DNA of 64,000 nucleotides from a virus: UHGV virus genome UHGV-0171999; one strand, 5' to 3'. The first letter of the stretch is position 1. Each line of letters opens with the position of its first letter. The notes under the pieces were generated by a model, which saw only the letters and a list, made by a program, of their open reading frames with translations, had not been told where the DNA came from and did no database searches. Below are positions 1 to 9,542 of the stretch, piece after piece. The position numbers and the translations under genes were made by a program.

Positions 1-16
1 CATTTTTCATAAAGTT

Positions 17-46
17 GTTTACAAGCTGAAGTAAAAATGTTATAGT
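17..46 (+). promoter_or_regulatory. T4-type early promoter (-35 GTTTAC, 18-bp spacer, -10 TATAGT)
   Basis: GTTTAC at 17-22 and TATAGT at 41-46 upstream of the first ORF; same architecture recurs more than ten times in the window. Confidence 0.55.
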
Positions 47-76
47 ATAAGTAGTTAACCCGTCCGTGAGAAAAAT

Positions 77-823
77 ATGAAACTGTCTAAAAATCAAATT
101 CGTAAAATTACACGTCGTCTAGAGCATACTCAGGCATCAGCTAAAAGACGTTCTAAAGATTTTAACTTAGACTTCAATTACATTAAGAACATTTTAGATC
201 AGAAAGTTTGCGCTTACTCGGGAGAACCTTTTGATAATCGTATTGAAGGAGAGAAATTATCATTAGAACGTTTTGATAATAACGTTGGATACATTAAAGG
301 GAATGTTATTGCAGTAAAGAAAAAGTATAATACATTTCGTTCTGATTATACTTTAGAAGAGTTGATTGAAAAGCGTGATTTATTTGCTTTGCGAATTGGT
401 CGTTCATCTGCGAAAAAAGTTCATAAACTAAATTTAGATGAAAAGAAATGGGCTAAAATCAAAAAGACTTATAATCAAATTAAAGCTATACAGAAAAAAC
501 GTGAAAACCGAATTGAACACATTTCTCAGCTTTCTAAATCAAAACAAACTTCTGACGTTAAGCTAACGATTATAGCACTTAAAGCTCGTATTGATGGTTC
601 TCGTATAGCAGAAGGCGCTGAAGTTGTTAAATTGAACGTTCTTCTTAAAGGCTCGGATTGGAAAACTGTGAAAAAGTTGTCAGAAGCAGAAATGCAATAT
701 GATATGTGTGATAAAATTATTCAAGGTGTAGAGCGGTATCAAAACTTGTCTTTTATTGATAAACTTAAACTGAAAAGAGGATACCCGCTAAATTGTTCAA
801 TTTTTAAACTTATCCGAGGATAA
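77..823 (+). CDS. srd: early protein, 248 aa, position and size consistent with Srd
   Basis: Sits upstream of the dda.1 position and dda as in T4 gene order; assigned by synteny and length only, no motif check. Confidence 0.45.
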   Translation: MKLSKNQIRKITRRLEHTQASAKRRSKDFNLDFNYIKNILDQKVCAYSGEPFDNRIEGEKLSLERFDNNVGYIKGNVIAVKKKYNTFRSDYTLEELIEKRDLFALRIGRSSAKKVHKLNLDEKKWAKIKKTYNQIKAIQKKRENRIEHISQLSKSKQTSDVKLTIIALKARIDGSRIAEGAEVVKLNVLLKGSDWKTVKKLSEAEMQYDMCDKIIQGVERYQNLSFIDKLKLKRGYPLNCSIFKLIRG

Positions 824-824
824 T

Positions 825-1136
825 ATGTTTTATGTATATGCGATAGTGTATAGAGATAAAGATGGATTTGCGGTGCCTGTTCCTCTTGATGAACATCGCC
901 CTGCTGTATTTTTTGAAAGGGAGATTGCTGATAAAGTATTTACAACTCTTAAAGAGCAGTATCGACTAGCTTTAGGTATGGGAATTCCGAGATTAGTTGA
1001 GACTCCACGCAAGTTTTGGTTTAATAAAATAGAAGTTAAACATGTTAAGCCTGATGTAGACACGCAAAGATTATATCGGCGAATTTTAGATACTGGGCGT
1101 ATTGTTAGTATACCAATTGCAGGGAATTTACGATGA
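825..1136 (+). CDS. hypothetical early protein, 103 aa (dda.1 position)
   Basis: ORF with ATGA stop/start overlap to dda; synteny only. Confidence 0.5.
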   Translation: MFYVYAIVYRDKDGFAVPVPLDEHRPAVFFEREIADKVFTTLKEQYRLALGMGIPRLVETPRKFWFNKIEVKHVKPDVDTQRLYRRILDTGRIVSIPIAGNLR

Positions 1137-2452
1137 CATTTGATGATTTGACAGAAGGCCAGAAAAATGCCTTTAACATCGTTATGAGGGCTATTAAAGA
1201 AAAGAAACATCATGTAACTATTAATGGACCTGCTGGTACTGGTAAGACTACTCTTACTAAGTTCATCATTGAAGCCTTAATATCTACGGGTGAAACTGGC
1301 ATTATTTTAGCAGCTCCTACACATGCAGCTAAAAAGATTCTTTCAAAACTATCAGGGAAAGAAGCGAGTACTATTCACAGTATTCTCAAAATTAACCCAG
1401 TAACATACGAAGAAAACGTTCTTTTTGAACAAAAAGAAGTACCGGATTTAGCTAAATGCAGAGTATTAATCTGCGACGAAGTGTCAATGTATGATAGAAA
1501 GCTATTTAAAATTCTGCTTTCAACTATTCCACCTTGGTGTACTATAATTGGAATAGGCGATAATAAGCAAATTAGACCTGTTGACCCAGGAGAAAACACT
1601 GCTTATATCAGTCCATTCTTTACGCACAAAGATTTTTATCAGTGTGAACTCACCGAAGTTAAACGTAGCAATGCTCCTATTATTGATGTAGCTACTGATG
1701 TTCGCAACGGTAAGTGGATTTATGATAAAGTTGTTGACGGGCATGGAGTACGTGGATTTACTGGTGATACCGCTTTACGCGATTTTATGGTAAATTATTT
1801 TTCAATCGTAAAATCACTAGATGATTTGTTTGAAAATCGTGTAATGGCATTTACGAATAAATCTGTTGATAAGTTAAATAGCATTATTCGTAAAAAGATT
1901 TTTGAAACTGATAAAGATTTTATCGTTGGTGAAATTATTGTAATGCAGGAACCATTAATTAAAACATATAAAATTGATGGAAAGCCTGTGTCAGAAATTA
2001 TTTTTAATAACGGACAATTAGTTCGTATTATAGAAGCAGAGTATACATCAACGTTTGTTAAAGCTCGTGGTGTTTCTGGAGAATATCTAATTCGTCATTG
2101 GGATTTAACAGTAGAAACTTACGGCGATGATGAATATTATCGTGAAAAGATTAAAATAATTTCATCTGATGAAGAGCTGTATAAGTTTAACTTATTTTTA
2201 GGTAAAACGGCAGAAACTTATAAAAATTGGAATAAAGGTGGAAAAGCTCCGTGGAGTGATTTTTGGGATGCTAAATCACAGTTTAGTAAAGTGAAAGCAC
2301 TTCCTGCATCAACATTCCATAAAGCTCAGGGCATGTCTGTAGACCGTGCTTTCATCTATACGCCTTGTATTCATTATGCAGATGCTGAACTAGCTCAGCA
2401 GCTTCTTTATGTTGGTGTCACTCGTGGTCGTTATGATGTGTTTTACGTGTGA
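1133..2452 (+). CDS. dda: Dda DNA helicase (SF1B), 439 aa
   Basis: Walker A GPAGTGKT, Walker B-like LICDEVSM, C-terminal VGVTRGR motif; length and N-terminus match T4 Dda. Confidence 0.97.
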   Translation: MTFDDLTEGQKNAFNIVMRAIKEKKHHVTINGPAGTGKTTLTKFIIEALISTGETGIILAAPTHAAKKILSKLSGKEASTIHSILKINPVTYEENVLFEQKEVPDLAKCRVLICDEVSMYDRKLFKILLSTIPPWCTIIGIGDNKQIRPVDPGENTAYISPFFTHKDFYQCELTEVKRSNAPIIDVATDVRNGKWIYDKVVDGHGVRGFTGDTALRDFMVNYFSIVKSLDDLFENRVMAFTNKSVDKLNSIIRKKIFETDKDFIVGEIIVMQEPLIKTYKIDGKPVSEIIFNNGQLVRIIEAEYTSTFVKARGVSGEYLIRHWDLTVETYGDDEYYREKIKIISSDEELYKFNLFLGKTAETYKNWNKGGKAPWSDFWDAKSQFSKVKALPASTFHKAQGMSVDRAFIYTPCIHYADAELAQQLLYVGVTRGRYDVFYV

Positions 2453-2458
2453 GGATAT

Positions 2459-2719
2459 ATGATTAACATCAATTCAAAATATTTAAATCGTCTAATAGAT
2501 GGTATAAAGAAGCATACTGATAAGCAAGATAACCTCAGTGTTATGGTAACAGGAGCTGAGCTCCTTTATAAGCTTAATCTTATAAGTGATACTATACTAG
2601 CAATTAAACGAATTGAAAAACAATCATATCATAGTAATACAGACACGGTAATTACATTAGATGAAAGTGTCTGTAAATTACTAATTAAATTTAAGGAAGC
2701 TATTCGTGGAAATAACTAA
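2459..2719 (+). CDS. hypothetical early protein, 86 aa
   Basis: ORF in the dda-dexA interval, same strand and tightly packed. Confidence 0.45.
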   Translation: MININSKYLNRLIDGIKKHTDKQDNLSVMVTGAELLYKLNLISDTILAIKRIEKQSYHSNTDTVITLDESVCKLLIKFKEAIRGNN

Positions 2720-2951
2720 AGATCAGTTTTATCTGCTTCAAGATAAAGTGAGCGAAATTTATGAAATAGCTTATAGTAAAAATCGCAAAAACGTGAAAAT
2801 TGAATCAGGCAAGTTAATGCTTCAATTGGAAGAAATTGAACGAGATTTAATTGCGTTAGAATTCTTTTGTGGTGAAGTGAAAACTGTTACAATCAGTGAT
2901 TATGTTTTAGGTGAAATTAGCCATCTTTATAAGGCGGTTATTAATGATTGA
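2706..2951 (+). CDS. hypothetical early protein, 81 aa
   Basis: ORF in the dda-dexA interval. Confidence 0.45.
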   Translation: MEITKDQFYLLQDKVSEIYEIAYSKNRKNVKIESGKLMLQLEEIERDLIALEFFCGEVKTVTISDYVLGEISHLYKAVIND

Positions 2952-3153
2952 ATTAAGTTTGCATCAGTTTAAATCTCTTATGGCAAATGTTAAAGTTGTC
3001 ATTCAAGAAAATTCAGGACCTGATAATGTTACTATTCGCGAAAAAGCTTCAAAGATAGTATACAGTCTTGAAGAGATACAAAAAGATATTGAATCTATGG
3101 CAAATTTATTGATGAGCCCATTAATAAAGTTTATATCCAAGATTATACTGTAG
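2911..3153 (+). CDS. hypothetical early protein, 80 aa
   Basis: ORF in the dda-dexA interval; overlaps the previous ORF, so the true start may be internal. Confidence 0.4.
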   Translation: MKLAIFIRRLLMIELSLHQFKSLMANVKVVIQENSGPDNVTIREKASKIVYSLEEIQKDIESMANLLMSPLIKFISKIIL

Positions 3154-3184
3154 GTCAAATTCGCGATTTAGCGAGGAAAATTTA

Positions 3185-3868
3185 ATGTTTGATTTTATTA
3201 TAGATTTTGAAACAATGGGAAGCGGTGAAAAGGCAGCTGTTATTGATTTGGCTGTTATTGCCTTTGACCCTAATCCAGAAGTAGTTGAATCATTTGATGA
3301 ATTAGTTTCACGCGGCATTAAAATCAAATTTGATTTAAAAAGTCAAAAAGGACATCGTCTTTTTACTAAAAGCACTATCGAATGGTGGAAAAATCAGTCT
3401 CCTGAAGCTCGAAAAAATATTGCACCGTCAGATGAAGATGTAAGCACTATTGATGGTATTGCGAAATTTAATGATTACATCAATGCACATAACATCGATC
3501 CTTGGAAATCTCAAGGCTGGTGTCGTGGAATGTCGTTTGATTTTCCAATTTTAGTTGATCTCATTCGCGATATTCAACGTCTTAATGGCGTTTCTGAGAA
3601 TGAGCTTGACACATTTAAGTTAGAACCATGTAAATTCTGGAATCAGCGTGATATTCGTACCAGAATTGAAGCACTTCTGCTTGTTCGCGATATGACCACG
3701 TGTCCTCTTCCAAAGGGAACTTTAGATGGATTCGTTGCACATGATTCTATTCATGACTGTGCGAAAGACATCCTGATGATGAAGTATGCTTTGCGGTATG
3801 CTATGGGTCTTGAAGATGCTCCGTCAGAGGAAGAGTGCGATCCTCTATCTCTTCCAACAAAACGATAA
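3185..3868 (+). CDS. dexA: exonuclease A (DexA), 227 aa
   Basis: Length, N-terminus MFDFIIDFET and acidic exonuclease motifs match T4 DexA; position after dda. Confidence 0.92.
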   Translation: MFDFIIDFETMGSGEKAAVIDLAVIAFDPNPEVVESFDELVSRGIKIKFDLKSQKGHRLFTKSTIEWWKNQSPEARKNIAPSDEDVSTIDGIAKFNDYINAHNIDPWKSQGWCRGMSFDFPILVDLIRDIQRLNGVSENELDTFKLEPCKFWNQRDIRTRIEALLLVRDMTTCPLPKGTLDGFVAHDSIHDCAKDILMMKYALRYAMGLEDAPSEEECDPLSLPTKR

Positions 3869-3874
3869 AAAGTT

Positions 3875-3906
3875 GTTTACTTCCTCGGTTAGTTGTGGTA
3901 TTATAA
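3875..3906 (+). promoter_or_regulatory. T4-type early promoter
   Basis: GTTTAC at 3875-3880 followed about 18 bp later by TGn TATTAT-like -10; directly after dexA stop. Confidence 0.5.
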
Positions 3907-3931
3907 CACCATAGCTACTGAGGATAATAAA

Positions 3932-4444
3932 ATGAAAATTTATCGTGTTGAATCATCGTTTAGCGCATTAAATGATGATAGTGGTATAGTGAAAATTAGG
4001 CAAGAGTTATGTGTTCAATCAACTCCTTATCGTGGATTTGATTCTATGAAAACTCGAACTTGGCTAAAATTTTGCGGTATTAATTCATCGTCATTTCATC
4101 ATCATAGCGATAATTATGAAAGCCATGAAAGTATTCCTATTCCACATGATGATAAGTTATTAGTTGAAAATGCTAATGATGCTATTAAAACTAAATGGAA
4201 TAAAGATTATTCGCAATTTGAAAATTATATTCCATTGTGGCTTATTGCATTATATCATTTTGCTTTCGCTAGTGAATATGATATGATGAGATGGTTCACC
4301 CGAGAAGAGCGTGAAGACTTAAAAGATCGTGGAATGTACATTGCGATTTATGAAGTTCCTGAAGATGAAGTTATCATTGGCGGGCACCAAGTAATGTTCC
4401 GCAAATCCCATGCTGAACTTATAGATTTTATTGAAATGAGATAA
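3932..4444 (+). CDS. hypothetical early protein, 170 aa
   Basis: ATG at 3932 preceded by GAGGA; the ORF-track start at 3893 lies inside the promoter. Confidence 0.55.
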   Translation: MKIYRVESSFSALNDDSGIVKIRQELCVQSTPYRGFDSMKTRTWLKFCGINSSSFHHHSDNYESHESIPIPHDDKLLVENANDAIKTKWNKDYSQFENYIPLWLIALYHFAFASEYDMMRWFTREEREDLKDRGMYIAIYEVPEDEVIIGGHQVMFRKSHAELIDFIEMR

Positions 4445-4446
4445 TT

Positions 4447-4989
4447 ATGAAATTTAATTATAATCCTGAATACACCCCAAATCCGGTAGCTAAACTGATT
4501 GATTTTGATGCTGTAAGCGCTTATGTATGTCCTGTTAAACCATTAGAAATTAAGGAAACCTTTATGACTGCTCGGACCATCGAAATTGGCAAAACCTACA
4601 AACTGGTTGAAACTGAAATTAAAACTACTGAACTAGATTTGAGTTATAAAGCATTGGTCAATGCTTTTGGTGAAGGCGAGTTTGTGGTTAAAAGTTTTTC
4701 AAAAAGTAATTGGTATGATAAGAATAAAGCTTATGTGATTCGGGCACATCGCTTAGATAATGATGAAGTAATTAAAACTATAGTCTTTGAAGCAGAGCTT
4801 ATCCTCTTCCAAGAATGCGATCCTACTGACCTTTTGACTCGTGCTGTAGCTATTAAGACTCCATTTATTTCGGTCTGTGGTTGGGTAACAGACCAGTGGA
4901 TTGAAGATGGTGTTGAACTTCTGAACGTTGTTCATGCAGGTGATTTTAGCGTAGTACCTCGTAGTGCAGTGGTAGCTATTTTGAATTAA
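4447..4989 (+). CDS. hypothetical early protein, 180 aa, C-terminal region similar to MotB
   Basis: C-terminal TDQWIEDGVELLNVV closely matches MotB TDQWVEDGVKLYNVV. Confidence 0.55.
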   Translation: MKFNYNPEYTPNPVAKLIDFDAVSAYVCPVKPLEIKETFMTARTIEIGKTYKLVETEIKTTELDLSYKALVNAFGEGEFVVKSFSKSNWYDKNKAYVIRAHRLDNDEVIKTIVFEAELILFQECDPTDLLTRAVAIKTPFISVCGWVTDQWIEDGVELLNVVHAGDFSVVPRSAVVAILN

Positions 4990-5065
4990 TAGTTTACAAA
5001 CTCTTGGGACCAGAGTATAATGGTCCTGTGGAGTATAAAATCTTTTTAACAAGTGAGAGATAACT

Positions 5066-5554
5066 ATGATTATTAATATTGGTGAAATTGCTCGTGTATC
5101 TGATAAATCCCGTTCTAAAGCAGCAGGAAAATTGGTCGAAATTGTAAGCATTCAGCTCAAACACGGCGTTAAAGATGAAGATTCTGAAGTAAAAGTGCGT
5201 ATCATTCCTAAAGATGGAAAGTCTAAACCTCAGTTTGGCTATGTTCGTGCGAAATTTCTTGAATCTGCGTTTTTGAAAGCTGTTCCTGCTAAAGGAATTG
5301 AAACGATTGATACTTCGCATGTAGGTGTAGACTTTAAGTGGAAACTCGGTCAGGCTATTAAGTTCATTGCTCCTTGTGAATTTAAATTTATCAAAGATGA
5401 TGGTGTGGCTGTTTATACTCGCGCTATGTGCGCATACATTACCGATCAGTGGGTAGAAGACGGTGTTAAGCTGTATAATGTGGTATTTTTAGGAACATAC
5501 AAAGTCATTCCTGAAAGCTGGATTAAACATTACAGCAAAGCTCTCTATGCATAA
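5066..5554 (+). CDS. motB: MotB, 162 aa
   Basis: Length and position (between dexA and gene 39) match T4 MotB. Confidence 0.8.
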   Translation: MIINIGEIARVSDKSRSKAAGKLVEIVSIQLKHGVKDEDSEVKVRIIPKDGKSKPQFGYVRAKFLESAFLKAVPAKGIETIDTSHVGVDFKWKLGQAIKFIAPCEFKFIKDDGVAVYTRAMCAYITDQWVEDGVKLYNVVFLGTYKVIPESWIKHYSKALYA

Positions 5555-5651
5555 AGTTTAAATTTTTTTCATAAAACTATATACATCAGTAGTTGATTAT
5601 GGTACTATATCAATATCAACTACTGATACAGAAAACAACTTGGAGAATAAA

Positions 5652-5921
5652 ATGGAAAACTTAATTATCATCGAACAATCTTTCAACGATTATGGTATGG
5701 CTTATGGTTATCGTGCGATAATGGAAGATTCTCGTGGATGTGTTATCGATATTGCTGAATGTAAAGATTTACTGCAGCTTTTGAAGATTGTTCGTAAAAA
5801 TTGGGATTGTGAAAACATTAAAGCTCGTGTTGTAACGGAAGAAGAAACTGTTTTTCATGATGTAAAATTCGCCAAAGGTGCTGCTACTCTTCTGAAACGC
5901 ATCGCTCCACTGTTCAATTAA
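5652..5921 (+). CDS. hypothetical early protein, 89 aa
   Basis: ATG at 5652 after GGAGAATAAA; preceded by an early-promoter-like element. Confidence 0.5.
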   Translation: MENLIIIEQSFNDYGMAYGYRAIMEDSRGCVIDIAECKDLLQLLKIVRKNWDCENIKARVVTEEETVFHDVKFAKGAATLLKRIAPLFN

Positions 5922-5934
5922 TGAGGAAATTGTA

Positions 5935-6150
5935 ATGAAACGTAAAATTGTTCAGAACTGCACTAATGACGAATTTGAAGATGTATTATTTGATCCAGAT
6001 TTGGTAGTAGTTCAAAAGGAACATACCGTTAAGTTTACTCACTTAACTTCGGTTTATGTTTATGAAAAGGTTGGTGATAAACAGCCAATTTACGGTGTAT
6101 TTCGCGAAATTACTGAAGACGGTACAACTTACTGGAAGGAAATTTATTAA
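5935..6150 (+). CDS. hypothetical early protein, 71 aa (size and position fit T4 cef, unverified)
   Basis: ORF with SD GAGGAAA; assignment by synteny only. Confidence 0.45.
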   Translation: MKRKIVQNCTNDEFEDVLFDPDLVVVQKEHTVKFTHLTSVYVYEKVGDKQPIYGVFREITEDGTTYWKEIY

Positions 6151-6569
6151 TGGCTATTAGATTTGAAGTTAATAAATGGTATCAATTTAAAAATAAACAA
6201 GCTCAAAAAAATTTTATTAAAGATCATACTGATAACGGAATCTATGCACGACGTTTAGGTATGCATCCTTTTAAAATTTTAGATGCTGACCATCTTGGTC
6301 GTCCTACTAAAATTATGTCATTTACTGGCACAATTGGATATGCAAAACATGGTGATATCCTTGACGAAAACTTTATTTGGCTCTCTACTAACGAAGCTGA
6401 GTTCTTTGATGAAGTAGAAAATCCATATCAGGCAGCTGAAGAGCAAGAGCAGGAAGAGCAAGAACAAATAGAAGATTTCACAGAATTCCCGGTAATGAAA
6501 GTTACTATTGAAAATAATGAACAGGCATGGTCCTTGTATCAGATGTTGAAAGCACATTTTAAGGAATAA
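6150..6569 (+). CDS. hypothetical early protein, 139 aa, acidic [10 protein letters not shown] tract (position fits goF/comC-alpha, unverified)
   Basis: ATGA overlap with the previous ORF; acidic low-complexity C-terminal region. Confidence 0.45.
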   Translation: MAIRFEVNKWYQFKNKQAQKNFIKDHTDNGIYARRLGMHPFKILDADHLGRPTKIMSFTGTIGYAKHGDILDENFIWLSTNEAEFFDEVENPYQAAEEQEQEEQEQIEDFTEFPVMKVTIENNEQAWSLYQMLKAHFKE

Positions 6570-6571
6570 TT

Positions 6572-6748
6572 ATGCCAATGTATGATTATAAATGCCAATC
6601 CGAAGATTGTGGGCATGAATATGAAAAAATTAAAAAGATTTCTGAACGAGAAAATGATGTTTGCCCTAAATGTCATCGTTTGTCTACTCGTCGGCCTTCT
6701 GCTCCTAAGCATGTGAATGGTGGTTTTTACGACTTACTTAAAGGGTAA
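6572..6748 (+). CDS. small zinc-ribbon protein, 58 aa
   Basis: Two Cys pairs (CQSEDC and CPKC); SD AAGGAA 7 nt upstream; below the ORF-track size cutoff. Confidence 0.5.
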   Translation: MPMYDYKCQSEDCGHEYEKIKKISERENDVCPKCHRLSTRRPSAPKHVNGGFYDLLKG

Positions 6749-6750
6749 TT

Positions 6751-7122
6751 ATGTTTAAAATCGGTAAGAAATATCGTATTCGCGAAGGTGAAGAACAGAA
6801 ATATCTACTTTCTGCTAGTAATAGGAATAGTTCTATTAATGCTGTAATATTGACTAACGAATTTATCGTTGAAGATATGAAAGGTCATAATGTTACAATG
6901 ATTAGTACAGCATCTGGAAATGATGGAAAAATTCTTCATAGTTGTCAGAGTAATGTTCTAATTTATGATGAAGAATTTGACTTCTTCAAAGAAGTTTCCG
7001 AAGATTTTAATTTTGAATGCACTATCACTATGAAATCTGGTGACCCTCTTTCTTTTACAGTTAAAGATGAAAGAAGTCGCTTGAGAATTATTAGTCTTCT
7101 TCAAGCCATTAAATTTGAGTGA
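6751..7122 (+). CDS. hypothetical early protein, 123 aa
   Basis: ORF immediately after the zinc-ribbon gene. Confidence 0.45.
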   Translation: MFKIGKKYRIREGEEQKYLLSASNRNSSINAVILTNEFIVEDMKGHNVTMISTASGNDGKILHSCQSNVLIYDEEFDFFKEVSEDFNFECTITMKSGDPLSFTVKDERSRLRIISLLQAIKFE

Positions 7123-7387
7123 AATTATGAAATATATTAATCGTTCTATCGCAGCATTAGTATTAGCAGTGTCTTTAGCAGGATGTACTGATGCTGATAA
7201 TGCAACCAAAGTTTTGTCTTCAAGCGGTTTTACTAATATTGAAATCACTGGATACAATTGGTTCGGTTGCTCTGAAAATGATTTCCAACATACTGGATTT
7301 CGTGCTATTGGACCTACCGGGCAGAAAGTAGAAGGAACCGTATGTTCTGGTCTATTCTTCAAGGATTCGACTATCCGTTTTAAATAA
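7115..7387 (+). CDS. putative small lipoprotein, about 86-90 aa
   Basis: Hydrophobic signal IAALVLAVSLAGC with lipobox-like LAGC. Confidence 0.5.
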   Translation: MSEIMKYINRSIAALVLAVSLAGCTDADNATKVLSSSGFTNIEITGYNWFGCSENDFQHTGFRAIGPTGQKVEGTVCSGLFFKDSTIRFK

Positions 7388-7410
7388 AAGGCCTTCGGGC
7401 CTTTAGCTTT
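7387..7410 (+). terminator. GC hairpin with UUCG loop (AAAGGCCTTCGGGCCTTT), terminator or RNA stabiliser
   Basis: Perfect 7-bp stem with TTCG tetraloop directly after a stop codon; identical hairpin at 54450. Confidence 0.5.
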
Positions 7411-7456
7411 ATGATTACCGGAGTATAATATTCCCGAAACCAAACGAGGATAAGTG

Positions 7457-9274
7457 ATGATTAAGAATGAAATTAAAATTCTGAGCGATATTGAACATAT
7501 CAAAAAGCGTAGCGGCATGTATATTGGCTCTTCTGCTAATGAAATGCATGAGCGCTTTCTGTTTGGTAAATGGGAAAGTGTTCAGTATGTACCTGGTCTT
7601 GTTAAGCTTATTGATGAAATTATCGATAACTCAGTAGATGAAGGTATTCGTACTAAGTTTAAATTCGCAAATAAAATTAATGTTACTATTAAAAACAATC
7701 AAGTAACAGTTGAAGATAACGGTCGCGGTATTCCACAAGCGATGGTTAAAACACCTACTGGTGAAGAAATTCCTGGTCCTGTTGCTGCCTGGACTATTCC
7801 AAAAGCAGGCGGTAACTTTGGTGATGACAAAGAACGCGTCACTGGCGGTATGAATGGTGTTGGTTCTAGTTTGACAAATATTTTTTCTGTGATGTTTGTC
7901 GGTGAAACTGGCGATGGTCAAAATAATATTGTAGTTCGTTGTTCAAATGGCATGGAAAATAAATCCTGGGAAGATATTCCTGGAAAATGGAAAGGAACCC
8001 GTGTTACTTTCATTCCCGATTTTATGTCATTTGAAACTAATGAGCTGTCCCAAGTTTATCTTGACATTACACTAGATCGTCTCCAGACACTTGCTGTTGT
8101 TTATCCTGATATTCAATTTACCTTTAATGGTAAAAAGGTTCAGGGCAATTTTAAGAAATATGCACGCCAATATGATGAACATGCTATTGTTCAAGAACAA
8201 GAAAATTGTTCTATTGCAGTTGGTCGTTCACCGGATGGTTTTCGTCAATTAACTTATGTGAATAACATTCACACTAAGAATGGTGGCCATCACATTGACT
8301 GTGTTATGGATGATATTTGTGAAGACCTTATTCCACAAATCAAACGTAAGTTCAAAATTGATGTAACTAAAGCACGTGTTAAAGAATGTTTGACTATCGT
8401 CATGTTTGTTCGTGATATGAAAAACATGCGATTTGATTCTCAAACTAAAGAACGACTTACTTCTCCATTTGGTGAAATCCGTAGTCATATTCAGCTTGAT
8501 GCTAAAAAGATTTCACGTGCTATTCTAAATAATGAAGCTATTTTGATGCCAATTATTGAAGCTGCCTTGGCTCGTAAATTGGCAGCAGAAAAAGCAGCTG
8601 AAACCAAAGCAGCTAAAAAGGCTTCTAAAGCTAAGGTTCATAAACATATTAAAGCGAATCTTTGCGGTAAAGATGCTGACACTACTCTTTTCTTGACTGA
8701 GGGTGATTCTGCTATCGGATATCTTATTGATGTTCGTGATAAAGAACTTCATGGTGGTTATCCATTGCGTGGTAAAGTTCTTAACAGTTGGGGTATGTCT
8801 TATGCTGATATGCTTAAAAACAAAGAACTGTTTGATATTTGCGCAATCACTGGATTAGTTCTTGGTGAAAAGGCTGAAAACTTGAATTATCATAATATTG
8901 CTATTATGACTGATGCTGACCACGATGGTCTAGGAAGCATTTATCCTTCTCTGCTCGGATTTTTCAGTAATTGGCCAGAACTGTTTGAACAAGGAAGAAT
9001 TCGCTTTGTCAAAACTCCTGTAATCATCGCTCAGGTCGGTAAAAAACAAGAATGGTTTTATACAGTCGCTGAATATGAGAGTGCCAAAGATGCTCTACCT
9101 AAACATAGCATCCGTTATATTAAGGGACTTGGCTCTTTGGAAAAATCTGAATATCGTGAGATGATTCAAAATCCAGTATATGATGTTGTTAAACTTCCTG
9201 AGAATTGGAAAGAGCTTTTTGAAATGCTCATGGGAGATAATGCTGACCTTCGTAAAGAATGGATGAGTCAGTAG
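7457..9274 (+). CDS. 39: DNA topoisomerase II large subunit (GyrB-like ATPase plus TOPRIM), single fused gene 39, 605 aa
   Basis: GHKL N-box IDEIIDNSVDEG, GMNGVGSS, TOPRIM TEGDSA; one continuous ORF rather than a 39/60 split. Confidence 0.93.
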   Translation: MIKNEIKILSDIEHIKKRSGMYIGSSANEMHERFLFGKWESVQYVPGLVKLIDEIIDNSVDEGIRTKFKFANKINVTIKNNQVTVEDNGRGIPQAMVKTPTGEEIPGPVAAWTIPKAGGNFGDDKERVTGGMNGVGSSLTNIFSVMFVGETGDGQNNIVVRCSNGMENKSWEDIPGKWKGTRVTFIPDFMSFETNELSQVYLDITLDRLQTLAVVYPDIQFTFNGKKVQGNFKKYARQYDEHAIVQEQENCSIAVGRSPDGFRQLTYVNNIHTKNGGHHIDCVMDDICEDLIPQIKRKFKIDVTKARVKECLTIVMFVRDMKNMRFDSQTKERLTSPFGEIRSHIQLDAKKISRAILNNEAILMPIIEAALARKLAAEKAAETKAAKKASKAKVHKHIKANLCGKDADTTLFLTEGDSAIGYLIDVRDKELHGGYPLRGKVLNSWGMSYADMLKNKELFDICAITGLVLGEKAENLNYHNIAIMTDADHDGLGSIYPSLLGFFSNWPELFEQGRIRFVKTPVIIAQVGKKQEWFYTVAEYESAKDALPKHSIRYIKGLGSLEKSEYREMIQNPVYDVVKLPENWKELFEMLMGDNADLRKEWMSQ

Positions 9275-9303
9275 TTTACTTTACCACAAGGATGTGGTAT
9301 AAT
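9274..9303 (+). promoter_or_regulatory. T4-type early promoter
   Basis: GTTTAC 9274-9279, 18-bp spacer, TGTGGTATAAT extended -10 at 9293-9303. Confidence 0.6.
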
Positions 9304-9328
9304 TAATTGGGCAAATGAGGATATTGAA

Positions 9329-9532
9329 ATGAAATCATATAGAGTAAATTTAGAACTTTTTGATAAAGCAGTTCACCGAGAATATAGAATCATTCAACGC
9401 TTTTTCGATATGGGAGAAGCCGAAGAGTTTAAAAACCGCTTTAAGGATATTAGAGATAAAATCCAATCCGACACCGCAACTAAAGATGAACTACTAGAAG
9501 TTGCTGAAGTTATTAAACGCAATATGAATTAA
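9329..9532 (+). CDS. hypothetical early protein, 67 aa
   Basis: ATG after GAGGATATTGAA; lies between gene 39 and rIIA. Confidence 0.5.
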   Translation: MKSYRVNLELFDKAVHREYRIIQRFFDMGEAEEFKNRFKDIRDKIQSDTATKDELLEVAEVIKRNMN

Positions 9533-9542
9533 TGAGGAAATT

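Noticed and set aside
830-1213. 127-aa ORF on the - strand overlapping dda.1 and dda
   Set aside because: Antisense to strongly supported early genes, no promoter or SD; typical shadow ORF in AT-rich coding DNA. The same applies to other - strand ORFs inside the + strand early blocks (for example 6958-7518, 13015-13380, 48029-48409).
9275-9542. Looked for a separate gene 60 with the 50-nt translational bypass element
   Set aside because: Gene 39 is a single 605-aa fused ORF and the interval holds only a promoter and a 67-aa ORF; no split gene or hop element is present.
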